This document shows positions 30,032-39,444 of a stretch of 64,000 nucleotides of DNA, piece by piece (the stretch's first letter is position 1; each line of letters begins with the position of its first letter). The notes under the pieces are model-generated. The model made no database searches. It worked only from the letters and a program-made list of their open reading frames with translations, and had not been told where the DNA came from. Origin of the DNA: a virus. The stretch is taken from positions 1 to 64,000 of the IMG/VR virus record IMGVR_UViG_3300032288_005197; one strand, written 5' to 3'. The position numbers were made by a program, and so were the translations under genes.

Positions 30032-31299
30032 TCGTAGTTTTAGGAGACGGATTACTTGCAACTGAAATAGTCAAACAGACAGGTTGGGCCCAAATCTCTA
30101 GAAAAAAGGATGGGTTCGACATCACGGATCTTTCTACTTGGCAAAATCTACTAGACGAAGCGACTGCTATTGTTAACTGCATTGCCTACACTAATACCTA
30201 TGACTCTAATAGGGAATTGAATTGGCAAGTTAATGTGGTCGGAGTAAAATCATTAATTGATTTTTGCAATCAACGATCTATCAAGCTGATTCACATTTCG
30301 ACCGATTACGTTTACTCAAATTCAGTAAGACTCGCGTCAGAAACCGATGTTCCAGTTCATTTACCTACCTGGTACGGCTACTCTAAATTGGTTGGGGATG
30401 CTCTTGTGCAATTAGAGTCAAATGACTATTTGCTGTGTAGAGAATCTCATAAACCGTATCCATTTCCATACGATAAAGCCTGGAATGATCAATTAACTAG
30501 CGGAGATTTTGTAACCACAATCTCACGATTAATAATTGACTTGATCGACAAAGACGCGAAAGGGCTCTACAATGTTGGCACTCGGTTAAAAACGTGGTAC
30601 TCATTAACCGTAAACGAATTCAATACTGAACCTATTCCTAGACCAAAACATGCCCCAGCTGATATTTCAATGAATACTTCAAAGCTCAAGAGCTTCTTAT
30701 CTCAAATCGATAAAGAAGTTGTCATTGCCGCGTATGATCGAGACTATTCATGGATTAATAAACTCGATTCAAATGTCAAAAAGACGGTCTATCGAAAAGG
30801 CGATCCTGCTCTAAGTAATGAGTTCGAAATCTACCTTCCAAATAATGTCGGAAGAGACGTTCACACGTTCTTTTATCATATTGTCAACCGATACGATAGC
30901 TTATCTGATTTTACGTTTTTTTCACAAGATGACCCTTTCGATCATGTCAATAATTACATTCATTTAATTAATGGAGTCCCTAGCGATTGGACTACTTGCG
31001 CAGTTCTCAAAATCGATGAAATTTGGTTTTTTGATACTTGCTACAAACGTGTCTTAAAGACAGATAAATTCGGAAATCCTCACCATACCGGATTGGAATT
31101 AGAACCAGTGTGGTCTCGAATATTCTCTGAGCCTTTTCCTGAGAGTCTTGACTTTGTCGCAGCTGGCCATTTTTGCGCTTCGCGCCAACAGATCCACACT
31201 AAACCAAAAGAGTTCTATGAAAAGATTCTTAGAGTTCTAGAGGATGATCCAATTTCTCCATGGTGCATTGAACGATTTGAATCTTACATATTCACATAA
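30028..31299 (+). CDS. RmlD-like NDP-sugar reductase fused to a DUF3431-like domain
   Basis: GDGLLA, HISTDYVY, YGYSK; C-terminal LPNNVGRDVHTFFYHIVNRYD..FSQDDPFDH..ERF. Confidence 0.75.
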   Translation: MIVVLGDGLLATEIVKQTGWAQISRKKDGFDITDLSTWQNLLDEATAIVNCIAYTNTYDSNRELNWQVNVVGVKSLIDFCNQRSIKLIHISTDYVYSNSVRLASETDVPVHLPTWYGYSKLVGDALVQLESNDYLLCRESHKPYPFPYDKAWNDQLTSGDFVTTISRLIIDLIDKDAKGLYNVGTRLKTWYSLTVNEFNTEPIPRPKHAPADISMNTSKLKSFLSQIDKEVVIAAYDRDYSWINKLDSNVKKTVYRKGDPALSNEFEIYLPNNVGRDVHTFFYHIVNRYDSLSDFTFFSQDDPFDHVNNYIHLINGVPSDWTTCAVLKIDEIWFFDTCYKRVLKTDKFGNPHHTGLELEPVWSRIFSEPFPESLDFVAAGHFCASRQQIHTKPKEFYEKILRVLEDDPISPWCIERFESYIFT

Positions 31300-31323
31300 A
31301 AAAAGCTCCCTTTGGAGCTTTTT
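31298..31323. terminator. Bidirectional intrinsic terminator
   Basis: AAAAAAGCTCC-CTTT-GGAGCTTTTT between convergent genes. Confidence 0.85.
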
Positions 31324-31326
31324 CTT

Positions 31327-33195
31327 TTAATCTTCAATTTGTATTATTGGTTCTGGGTAGGATTCATTAGGTTCATCAGCCGTCACATTAGAATGATTAA
31401 TACTTTCAGTTATTGATTCCATTAAATCCTTATTTAGATTATAAAATTCTGAATGGACTGATGACGGGGTGTATTCCTTGTAGGTACCGTAATTCTTTTC
31501 TTTTATTGAGTTTAAGATTGTTTCCGATACTAAATCGTTTGGAATTTCAATTAGCTTAGTATCTCTCTTAATGTTCAAGTTTCGTGATCTCTTTTTTGCT
31601 AATTCTAATTGTAGAGCAAGGTCCTTTATTCTGCTAGGTTCTGCTGCTATTGATAGCGGTTCGTACTGGGGTTTAATTGACTTAAGAATGCTTTCGATAT
31701 TTCCATCGCTAATTACTACATGTCCTGTAATATTTTGAGTATCACTTGCTGCTAATTTATTAAGAGCATTAGCTAATGTTTCCTTTTTAAACGGAAACCT
31801 TTTAGTTTGCTTTCCTGGATGAATACACACAAGCAAAGTGGGTACTCCAGTTTTTTCATTTAAGGTCTTTGCGGTTTTGATATGGCCTTTATGAATTGGT
31901 TGAAATTCAGATACCAATAAATTTACTTTTTTAACTTTGCGTTGCTCGTCTTGCTGTAAATCATAGGTTTCAAAATAACCTGGGGATTTTTCATCTCCAA
32001 CAAACTCATTAAACGAAGGAAAATAATTCTCGTATAGTTTTTCGCCCATTGCAACCTGATTTAATTTTTCAATTTGAGAAATCAGGTTAGCTTTCATTGA
32101 GTCAGTGAACAGTGGAGAATTTATTTTAATTTTCTTTTTACGAAAGGTATTAATAAAAACTCTGTATATTTCTTTGTAGTTCGGATTCTCTTGAATTATG
32201 GGTATAAGAATAGGATCGTTTATTAGATCAGTATTAATGTCAAATTCTTCACGTTTCAAGAATTCTGGCACCTGGATGTCAAGATCACTATACTTGTCTC
32301 CGTATTCATGGATGAACTCTACGAATAGATGATTAAGTAAAGATACAAATCTCTCTTCGACGGTTTCTCCAGAAATGGTGAATGATCTTAGGTCAGAAAG
32401 TCGATAGCTCTCAATGAAATTCATCAAGTCGCTCACAATTATCCAAATGTAATCGTCGCTTTTTTTACCAACTTGAGGTTTAGGCAAGTTCTTTGAATTA
32501 TCGTAAAATACCGGATCAACCAATTTTGCCAATACTGCAGAATCGTCAATTGAAGGTCCGTCGTCGTAGAATCTAAACACAACTTCGTCAATTGAACGCT
32601 CGTCAACCGGATTTTGAGAATTTTCATCAATGGTTGGGCTGAGTATTGATATGAGATGCTTAGTAAATGATTCAGTCTTGAACTTCTCTGATAACTTTTC
32701 CAAAGGGGTAAAAATGAATTCTTGGATCTTTACTTGTTGATCTTCAGAAAGCTTTCCTTGAAAAAGAATTGCTGGTTGATTAACGTTGAACGCTCCTGCC
32801 CATTTATTAAGTTCTTCTCTGTCGTGAATTACGCTAGAGGTTTGATAATTCTCATCTAACACCTTTATGTGACTTATCGTTAGCGGGGTCGCTCTGCCTG
32901 GAGCATAGTCAAATCCAAACACGTAGTTTTCAGGTAATGATTTTATTGCATCAATCCCAAGGCTCTCAAAATGTTTAACGCCTGGTTCATAGTACTTACT
33001 AAGAACTCGGTCGATGTAACTAATTTTGCTGTCCTTTTTAAAGAAGTTAAATTTATCTGTGCTCGCATCTCTTTTGACGCCAAAATACGCGCCTTCTATT
33101 TTTTCGTTAATGATGACGGTTTTATTAAGAAGATTCTCCAAGAACTCCTTGCCACGTTTTTCATAAACGTCTCGTAAATGTGATAGTCCTGCCAT
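31327..33195 (-). CDS. RNA-ligase-like N-domain fused to a cytidylyltransferase-like C-domain
   Basis: INEKIEGA, ILFQGKL, LAKLVDP ligase-like motifs; FQPIHKGH HIGH motif. Confidence 0.55.
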   Translation of the reverse strand: MAGLSHLRDVYEKRGKEFLENLLNKTVIINEKIEGAYFGVKRDASTDKFNFFKKDSKISYIDRVLSKYYEPGVKHFESLGIDAIKSLPENYVFGFDYAPGRATPLTISHIKVLDENYQTSSVIHDREELNKWAGAFNVNQPAILFQGKLSEDQQVKIQEFIFTPLEKLSEKFKTESFTKHLISILSPTIDENSQNPVDERSIDEVVFRFYDDGPSIDDSAVLAKLVDPVFYDNSKNLPKPQVGKKSDDYIWIIVSDLMNFIESYRLSDLRSFTISGETVEERFVSLLNHLFVEFIHEYGDKYSDLDIQVPEFLKREEFDINTDLINDPILIPIIQENPNYKEIYRVFINTFRKKKIKINSPLFTDSMKANLISQIEKLNQVAMGEKLYENYFPSFNEFVGDEKSPGYFETYDLQQDEQRKVKKVNLLVSEFQPIHKGHIKTAKTLNEKTGVPTLLVCIHPGKQTKRFPFKKETLANALNKLAASDTQNITGHVVISDGNIESILKSIKPQYEPLSIAAEPSRIKDLALQLELAKKRSRNLNIKRDTKLIEIPNDLVSETILNSIKEKNYGTYKEYTPSSVHSEFYNLNKDLMESITESINHSNVTADEPNESYPEPIIQIED

Positions 33196-33200
33196 ATTGG

Positions 33201-33809
33201 TTATTTATTAGGCTCAATGCCCAATAGCCTGCAGCATTCGTTATTAAATGAAACGACTGAGGCTTGATCAAATTGATTGAAAACAAAGCTCAGGCCATTA
33301 TTTTTATCTGAGTCTGCTAGATTTTTTAATCCGGACTCAATCAATGTTGCCATTAACTGCTGTTCTTCAATTGTTGAATGCTTGCCATCCCAAGTATCTT
33401 TGACTCTGTGAGAATCACCGGTTTGACCAGCAACTGAAACAACAAGAGTCTTTGAATTCTTATAGAGATCAGAGCTTATGAGTTTAAGAAACTCTAGCTC
33501 AGCTTGACTTCGGCCCAATCGCTTTCTTAGTATTGCCCAAGTATACGCAGATATGATAGCCCTATCGAATATCCAAATCTTGTCCTTGTATTCGGGCCTC
33601 AAGTTCATTTCCATGATGGTCATGATATTTCCTAGGCTAAAGTAGTGCAGTGCTGGAGTTTCATCAAGATCGACGAGATCGAGAGCCTTTACGTGATTTG
33701 CAAAATAAAACTTGTAATACTCGATTCTTGGATCCTTGTGATTCTCAAGGAATTGATTAATTAAAAACGTTTTGCCAGAGTGTCTGGCTCCTTCTACGAA
33801 TAGTATCAT
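33201..33809 (-). CDS. dNMP/thymidylate kinase-like P-loop protein
   Basis: VEGARHSGKT, IFDRAIISAY; start at 33809 inferred from ATGA overlap. Confidence 0.75.
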   Translation of the reverse strand: MILFVEGARHSGKTFLINQFLENHKDPRIEYYKFYFANHVKALDLVDLDETPALHYFSLGNIMTIMEMNLRPEYKDKIWIFDRAIISAYTWAILRKRLGRSQAELEFLKLISSDLYKNSKTLVVSVAGQTGDSHRVKDTWDGKHSTIEEQQLMATLIESGLKNLADSDKNNGLSFVFNQFDQASVVSFNNECCRLLGIEPNK

Positions 33810-34336
33810 AATAATTTTAATCTTTCTGCTTCTGAAAATTCTTCCAGGGATCTTGCCGAATCCCAATCTATTTTAATGACTCTGCTTTTGTCGACAAAAA
33901 CGAAATCGACTTTACAATTAAGCCCAATATCTAAAAAGTAGGAGGTGTACTTGATGATTTCCCAAAGAGAATCCTCAAATACGGTAATTGAATCAGCGCC
34001 AGTAGTTCTTATTAGCTCAATAACGGTCTCAGCTTTATCGCTTTCTCTTCCCAAGAAATAAGTTTTGTCGAACCTAATATTATACTCAGAAAGTAGATCT
34101 AGAACCGCAGATTCGCAGGCTTTAACTCGATGAGTTATCAAGTAGTTAAGACAATCGTCTCCAGTTCTTTCAATTGTGTTTGCAATTCCCCTAATGTTGA
34201 ATTTCTTTGACAAAGATTCTGGCGAATCGAACCATTGATAAGGTTCCATACCCGTTGCTTCGCTACAAGTGTATCCTGGCACCCTAAATAATGTCTCGTC
34301 AAAATCAAATATGTTAATATGTGGTCCGTTTTCCAT
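33806..34336 (-). CDS. HAD-family phosphatase
   Basis: FDFDETLF, LITHR, K, VFEDS. Confidence 0.75.
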   Translation of the reverse strand: MENGPHINIFDFDETLFRVPGYTCSEATGMEPYQWFDSPESLSKKFNIRGIANTIERTGDDCLNYLITHRVKACESAVLDLLSEYNIRFDKTYFLGRESDKAETVIELIRTTGADSITVFEDSLWEIIKYTSYFLDIGLNCKVDFVFVDKSRVIKIDWDSARSLEEFSEAERLKLL

Positions 34337-34387
34337 ACGATATTTTACTGATAAATAACCTAGTAGTTTTATCTAATATACCAAATA

Positions 34388-34855
34388 ATGAACAGAGTAC
34401 TAAGACACACACGCGAACACATGGGCAACCGCTATCACCTGGTTAGGGAATGCGTGCAGGCTCAAAAACCTTTCGCGATCTATAATTTCACGAATTCTAA
34501 GCAATACAACCAATTTCTTTACGATTTGGACAACTACGGTAAGCTTAATTACGTTTTGCAGACCATTACATCAGTTGACATGTCCAATCGAGCTAGAAGA
34601 GTTTTTCCAAGCATTTTTGTAACAAATGAGGGAACTGAAGTTAACCTAGATCAATTCAAAGAAATGGTCAAGGGCTCAATCAAGCACTACAACTTAGACT
34701 CTATCGTATGCCTATATGACGGAGCTGTATCAGTTTTCTACAAGAACGGAGAACACCATGAAATCGGAAGTTCTCTGTACGCAAGTAGTAGCATTCAGGA
34801 ATTCAATAGCGATTTCTATCAAATTGAGGGCATCTATTATTGTTTTATCAGATAA
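34388..34855 (+). CDS. Hypothetical protein
   Basis: 155 aa ORF after the late motif at 34351-34358. Confidence 0.6.
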   Translation: MNRVLRHTREHMGNRYHLVRECVQAQKPFAIYNFTNSKQYNQFLYDLDNYGKLNYVLQTITSVDMSNRARRVFPSIFVTNEGTEVNLDQFKEMVKGSIKHYNLDSIVCLYDGAVSVFYKNGEHHEIGSSLYASSSIQEFNSDFYQIEGIYYCFIR

Positions 34856-34887
34856 AACTTCGGTCAATATCTTGATAAAATATAAAG

Positions 34888-35328
34888 ATGGAAGAAACTA
34901 CTCAAAAAAGAACGATTGCCGAAGTATTTAGAGATAAGCGAGAGCTCTTCTCCGGCGAAATCTATACAGGAATCAAGTTACTTGAAAACGTACGTAAGAT
35001 TCCAGAAGCCCAGGTCACTTTCCTGAGCTTGAGACAGAGAATGTTGGAAGAAAACCACACTCTAATCGAACACTTTACTCAATTGAAAAAGACCTATCGT
35101 GAGAAAAAGGGAGAAGAGTGGATTGATGCTTCAAAAAGTCATCAAGTTCGATACAATTCCAATGAAAAGAATACAATAGTCGACGGTAAAACTGCCTCAA
35201 TCAAGGAAAAACTTGAACAGGTTGAAAATCAAATAGGGTTCTATGCAGAATCAATCAAAACAATAGACGCAGTACTGTTTGGGATTAAAACTCGTCTAGA
35301 CGTTCAAAAGCTCCTTGACGGACATTAA
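34888..35328 (+). CDS. uvsY: UvsY-like recombination mediator
   Basis: Helical ORF ending KTIDAVLFGIKTRL; directly upstream of uvsW. Confidence 0.6.
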   Translation: MEETTQKRTIAEVFRDKRELFSGEIYTGIKLLENVRKIPEAQVTFLSLRQRMLEENHTLIEHFTQLKKTYREKKGEEWIDASKSHQVRYNSNEKNTIVDGKTASIKEKLEQVENQIGFYAESIKTIDAVLFGIKTRLDVQKLLDGH

Positions 35329-35344
35329 AATTACTGATACTTGA

Positions 35345-36877
35345 TTGTTAACATTTAAAGTCACAGAGGACAGACGTCATCTACAATTAGTCTCTCACGA
35401 CCTAAAGGGCGAGCTCAAGGACCTGCAGCTTTATTTTAGAAAGAGGCAAAAGGGCTATCATTTCAATAAGCTTTATAAAAGAAAACTTTGGGACGGCTTT
35501 GACAAATTCATTGATCCTGAACTAAAAATAGGGGTCGGTTTGTGGAAAGAGGTCATTAATTTCGGCAAGAAATACGATTATGAGATCAATATTGAGGGCC
35601 TTGAGGATCTACTTAACCTAAAATTCACCAAGGAGCAGCTTGACAAATTTGCTTCAGTTTTACTAGATGGAACTGGAATTGACATGCGCGACTATCAGTT
35701 AGAAGCAGCCCATCGTGCTCTAAAATACAAGTTCTGTTCTCAAGAACTTGCAACATCCGCCGGTAAAACCTTGATTCTCTATATTTACCTCTCGTTTTTG
35801 AAACGTAAGGGCATCATTACTACTGACAAGAAAGCCTTGATTGTTGTTCCAAACATTTCGTTAGTCGGTCAGACCGCTGAGAAATTCGAAAAGGATTATG
35901 CGACAGGTTTAATCAACTACAATGTGCTCTCTATTGGAGGAACGAATAAGTATTCTGACAAGAAATTCGATGAGGCCGACTTAATCATATCGACTTATCA
36001 GAGTTTAAAGAACAAGGATGCTGAATTCTTCAAGAAGTTTTCAGTTTTGTGTATTGATGAATGTCACACGAGCCGAGGCGACTCAATCAAGAACATTTTA
36101 CTTTCATCAACTAACGTAGAATATAAATTGGGCTTATCTGGTACAATCAAAATCGAGGAGCAATACTCGGATTTCTTCAAGATTCAAGAATACTTGGGGC
36201 CGCTAAGCATGACCCTAAAGTCAAGCTTCTTAATCGATCAGCAACACTCTCCTAACGTCTATATTAAAATGATTAACCTACAGTATCCAGATAGCGAACC
36301 TTTCGTTAATCAATACAAAGCTTTGCGAGAATCAGGTCAAGCAGGTAAACAGTTATTTGATGCTGAGCGAGCTTTCATTGTGAGTTATGAACCTAGAGTT
36401 CAATTCATCTCTCAATTCGTTAGGAAACTTGGAGGAAATACGCTAATCCTATTCATTAATGTTAAGGATCAATACGGCCAGCGTATTTGCGATAAGATTA
36501 GGGAATGGAATGACCATGCGTATTACATCGACGGTGGAGTGGATGGAGACGACCGTGCTGACTACAAGGAGGCAATGGAACGTGAGGAAGGAGCCGTCAT
36601 TGTGGCAAGTTACGGAACGTTCTCAACTGGAATCGACCTCAAGAAGGTCAATAATATAATATTCGCTGAAAGTTATAAATCTGAAATCACGATCCGTCAA
36701 TCGATAGGTCGTGGAATGCGTAAGCTTGCTGGAAAGCATGAAGTCACGGTGTACGATCTAATTGACGATCTTGACGGATACATCGTGAAACACGGAAAAG
36801 TCCGCGAAGCAATTTATCTTAAGGAAAAATTCATTGTGTCAAAACACAGTTACGATCTAAGTAAGCTTAAGGGTTAA
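35345..36877 (+). CDS. uvsW: UvsW-like SF2 DNA helicase
   Basis: RDYQ, ATSAGKT, DECH, GLSGT, SYGTFSTGID, QSIGRGMR. Confidence 0.92.
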   Translation: MLTFKVTEDRRHLQLVSHDLKGELKDLQLYFRKRQKGYHFNKLYKRKLWDGFDKFIDPELKIGVGLWKEVINFGKKYDYEINIEGLEDLLNLKFTKEQLDKFASVLLDGTGIDMRDYQLEAAHRALKYKFCSQELATSAGKTLILYIYLSFLKRKGIITTDKKALIVVPNISLVGQTAEKFEKDYATGLINYNVLSIGGTNKYSDKKFDEADLIISTYQSLKNKDAEFFKKFSVLCIDECHTSRGDSIKNILLSSTNVEYKLGLSGTIKIEEQYSDFFKIQEYLGPLSMTLKSSFLIDQQHSPNVYIKMINLQYPDSEPFVNQYKALRESGQAGKQLFDAERAFIVSYEPRVQFISQFVRKLGGNTLILFINVKDQYGQRICDKIREWNDHAYYIDGGVDGDDRADYKEAMEREEGAVIVASYGTFSTGIDLKKVNNIIFAESYKSEITIRQSIGRGMRKLAGKHEVTVYDLIDDLDGYIVKHGKVREAIYLKEKFIVSKHSYDLSKLKG

Positions 36878-37595
36878 CTAGCTTTATCGTAAAGTCACGA
36901 GCATCTCCGAATTCAGAAGAAGACCAGGTGCTAACGTAAACGTCCAACTTTCCTACCTTGATGGGGTTTTGTTCAAAACCTTCTCCCCAACCGTCAGAGT
37001 ATTGACCGGATAACCATTCTTTCATTTCTTCAACTGACAAATCCGATGTTGCGTTAACCTCAACTCTAAACATTCCGTCATCGGTTACCTCAACCGCTTT
37101 GATTGACTCAACTCCTGGAATTTCACAAAACTGAACAAGATCAGTCTCATTGAAATCTTCAATCATTTCATCAGCTATATCAGCTGGATCAATACTGGTG
37201 TATTGAAGAGGTTGCGGACGATTGCTAGATTGACGACTCATGCTCTGAATTTCGCTCCAAACATCATCAAAGAATTCATCATCAGTTATTTCTTCATCTT
37301 GAAATTGTTTGTATTGCCATTCGAACTCTGCTTCATACCCAATTTCTCCCATTGCTTGCATGAATTGGTTCGGATCTCCCCATTGCATTGCATTTTCAGC
37401 GTATGCCTCAATGTCTTCTCTAATATAGATTGGCGATTCAAATATGAACGCGTGAGTTGTTGGAAAACCCATTGTCCCAAGTTCACGAGTTGAAGTATCA
37501 TCCATCGTGGGAGTGTCAGTTTCAGAATTACGATCAAAATCGAATTCTAACTGTTTTTCAGTTGTGAACTGTTCGAATAGTTTAATGTGTTTCAT
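36867..37595 (-). CDS. Acidic putative internal head protein
   Basis: MKHIKLFEQF start; ELGTMGF; GQYSDGWGEGFEQ domain. Confidence 0.6.
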   Translation of the reverse strand: MKHIKLFEQFTTEKQLEFDFDRNSETDTPTMDDTSTRELGTMGFPTTHAFIFESPIYIREDIEAYAENAMQWGDPNQFMQAMGEIGYEAEFEWQYKQFQDEEITDDEFFDDVWSEIQSMSRQSSNRPQPLQYTSIDPADIADEMIEDFNETDLVQFCEIPGVESIKAVEVTDDGMFRVEVNATSDLSVEEMKEWLSGQYSDGWGEGFEQNPIKVGKLDVYVSTWSSSEFGDARDFTIKLVNP

Positions 37596-37611
37596 TTATC
37601 TTTGCTTTATT

Positions 37612-38373
37612 TTATGAGTAAATATCGGTAATCCAATCATAGAAAAGATCTTCAGCCTTTTCTCTAAATCTTTCAATTTCTTCTGTTATGACTGCCAGGT
37701 CTTCCTTGATTTCAGTAAGTTCAGCGAGTTCCTTATTGACCCAGTTTAGCAAGTCTTGCCTAGATTTCATTGCCTCTTGACCATTCTCAAGCTCATCAGC
37801 GCTAATCAAGCCCATATCGGCAAGCTCCTTAATGTCTGGATTGCTCACCAAATTCTTAATTAGTTCAAGATCAGAATCGCCGTTGATGTAGTTCAAATAG
37901 TCTTCTATTTGATAACTTGCATCGTCTTCAATATTATCATGAGTCGCTTCAGGGTAAATTAACAACCAACCTCCGCTCTTACCGCCTGCTCCAACATCTT
38001 TTATCCATGAAAATGATTGTTTGTAGTCTTCAGCGTGCACTTCGTAAGTTCCTTCCATGTATCTAGCCCAGTCTTCATACATCATTTCATCATTAACATC
38101 CTCCAAGTCGTCTTCTCCTCTTGCTCGTGCCCATTTCGCTAAGTCTGGGTATTCATGAATTTTCATGTTCAACGCGTAGTGAGCTCTACCGCCCTCTCTT
38201 TCATACCAGTACTTGTTCTCCAGATCATTCAGCGCATTAGATAGTTCTTCTAATTTACCAATGACTTCAGTATCTTGCAGTTGATCTAACTTATTTAAGT
38301 AATACGAGCCAACATCTCGATTCGCTCTTTCCAATATGAATTGTGAAAACGTAAATATTCTATTACCTAGCAT
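37612..38373 (-). CDS. Acidic putative internal head protein
   Basis: IFTFSQFILE start; GGKSGGWL; ELADMGL. Confidence 0.6.
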   Translation of the reverse strand: MLGNRIFTFSQFILERANRDVGSYYLNKLDQLQDTEVIGKLEELSNALNDLENKYWYEREGGRAHYALNMKIHEYPDLAKWARARGEDDLEDVNDEMMYEDWARYMEGTYEVHAEDYKQSFSWIKDVGAGGKSGGWLLIYPEATHDNIEDDASYQIEDYLNYINGDSDLELIKNLVSNPDIKELADMGLISADELENGQEAMKSRQDLLNWVNKELAELTEIKEDLAVITEEIERFREKAEDLFYDWITDIYS

Positions 38374-38764
38374 TCCTCGCTTTACTTATTTCAATCGCCT
38401 GTAATTGCTTTACTGCTTTTTTACGGCTTGAGTGAGTTCCCAATACCTTGGTCCCCTTTTTGTTCTTTACTTCCCATTTATCTCCGTGCTTAACGATTTT
38501 TTCGTTCATCTCGCTAAACTCTGAAAAACTATGAACCTTATTTTCCTGAATCGCTAATTCCAGCTGTTTGACCTGTGCAACCGCGACTGGTTCTGATTCG
38601 GTACCGCAATTGCCAAAGGCAGCTGCGCAGGTTTCAACTTTTTTGACTATCTCGGCTACCTTATCTTTAATAACCTCAAGCTTTTGAACTTGAACTGTCG
38701 TTAATTCAGTCGTATTTTCTTCGATCATGTACAGATACTCAAGAAACTGGTCAATTTTTTCCAT
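38363..38764 (-). CDS. Hypothetical protein with basic C-terminal mini-domain
   Basis: VHSFSEF..NE then KWEVKNKKGTKVLGTHSSRKKAVKQL. Confidence 0.6.
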   Translation of the reverse strand: MEKIDQFLEYLYMIEENTTELTTVQVQKLEVIKDKVAEIVKKVETCAAAFGNCGTESEPVAVAQVKQLELAIQENKVHSFSEFSEMNEKIVKHGDKWEVKNKKGTKVLGTHSSRKKAVKQLQAIEISKARNAR

Positions 38765-39373
38765 TTACAGTGATATTTTTGAGGCAATTACGATGCCGAG
38801 TATTAATTTAGCGTAAACTAATTTAAAGTGAAAGTAGGTGAATATGATGTTTAAATTCTCCTTTGAGACAGAGATCACGCCTTTTTTCGTGTACATCTTG
38901 TTCACCGAGTTTATTACCGAAACTGCTTCAGCTAAAGGTTTTCCTCCAAGTAGAGACTGTATGACTTCGTTAAAGGTTTCCTTGCTTAGTGATGCAGATC
39001 GGTCTTTGATTTGATGGAGCCATGCTTCTGCCTCCATTGCAATATCTCTCTTAAGGAAAATGTCCCTAGTCTTAAGGCCCTTGTCTAATCTCTTTGCAAT
39101 TTTGTCTAGGCTTCGAATCGAGTCAGCAACATTACCTATCCATTCAAGCTCGTCAGAGTACATCGATATCACCATAGTTGATGGTGATCCGATATGGGTA
39201 AAATTTATTAAATTAGGGTTCGACTTTTTAAAAGTTGAAAAGTCTTCGTCAAACATCATGGCCATGACCGGCGGCGATGCTACTTCCATTGCAAATTCAT
39301 CCCCAAAAGGAAAATTCTTCATAAATGGAAACGCCCTGTTAATCTTGGTTCTCTCAGTAGTGACTTCTCTCAC
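38765..39373 (-). CDS. Hypothetical protein
   Basis: ORF downstream of the late motif at 39393-39400; start is likely GTG 39373 or ATG 39322. Confidence 0.55.
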   Translation of the reverse strand: MREVTTERTKINRAFPFMKNFPFGDEFAMEVASPPVMAMMFDEDFSTFKKSNPNLINFTHIGSPSTMVISMYSDELEWIGNVADSIRSLDKIAKRLDKGLKTRDIFLKRDIAMEAEAWLHQIKDRSASLSKETFNEVIQSLLGGKPLAEAVSVINSVNKMYTKKGVISVSKENLNIIFTYFHFKLVYAKLILGIVIASKISL

Positions 39374-39444
39374 CTGGCAACAAGCTTTTTGGTTATTTAT
39401 TTGGTAAATTAAACCAAATTGTGTATTTAAAGTACAACAAGTAT

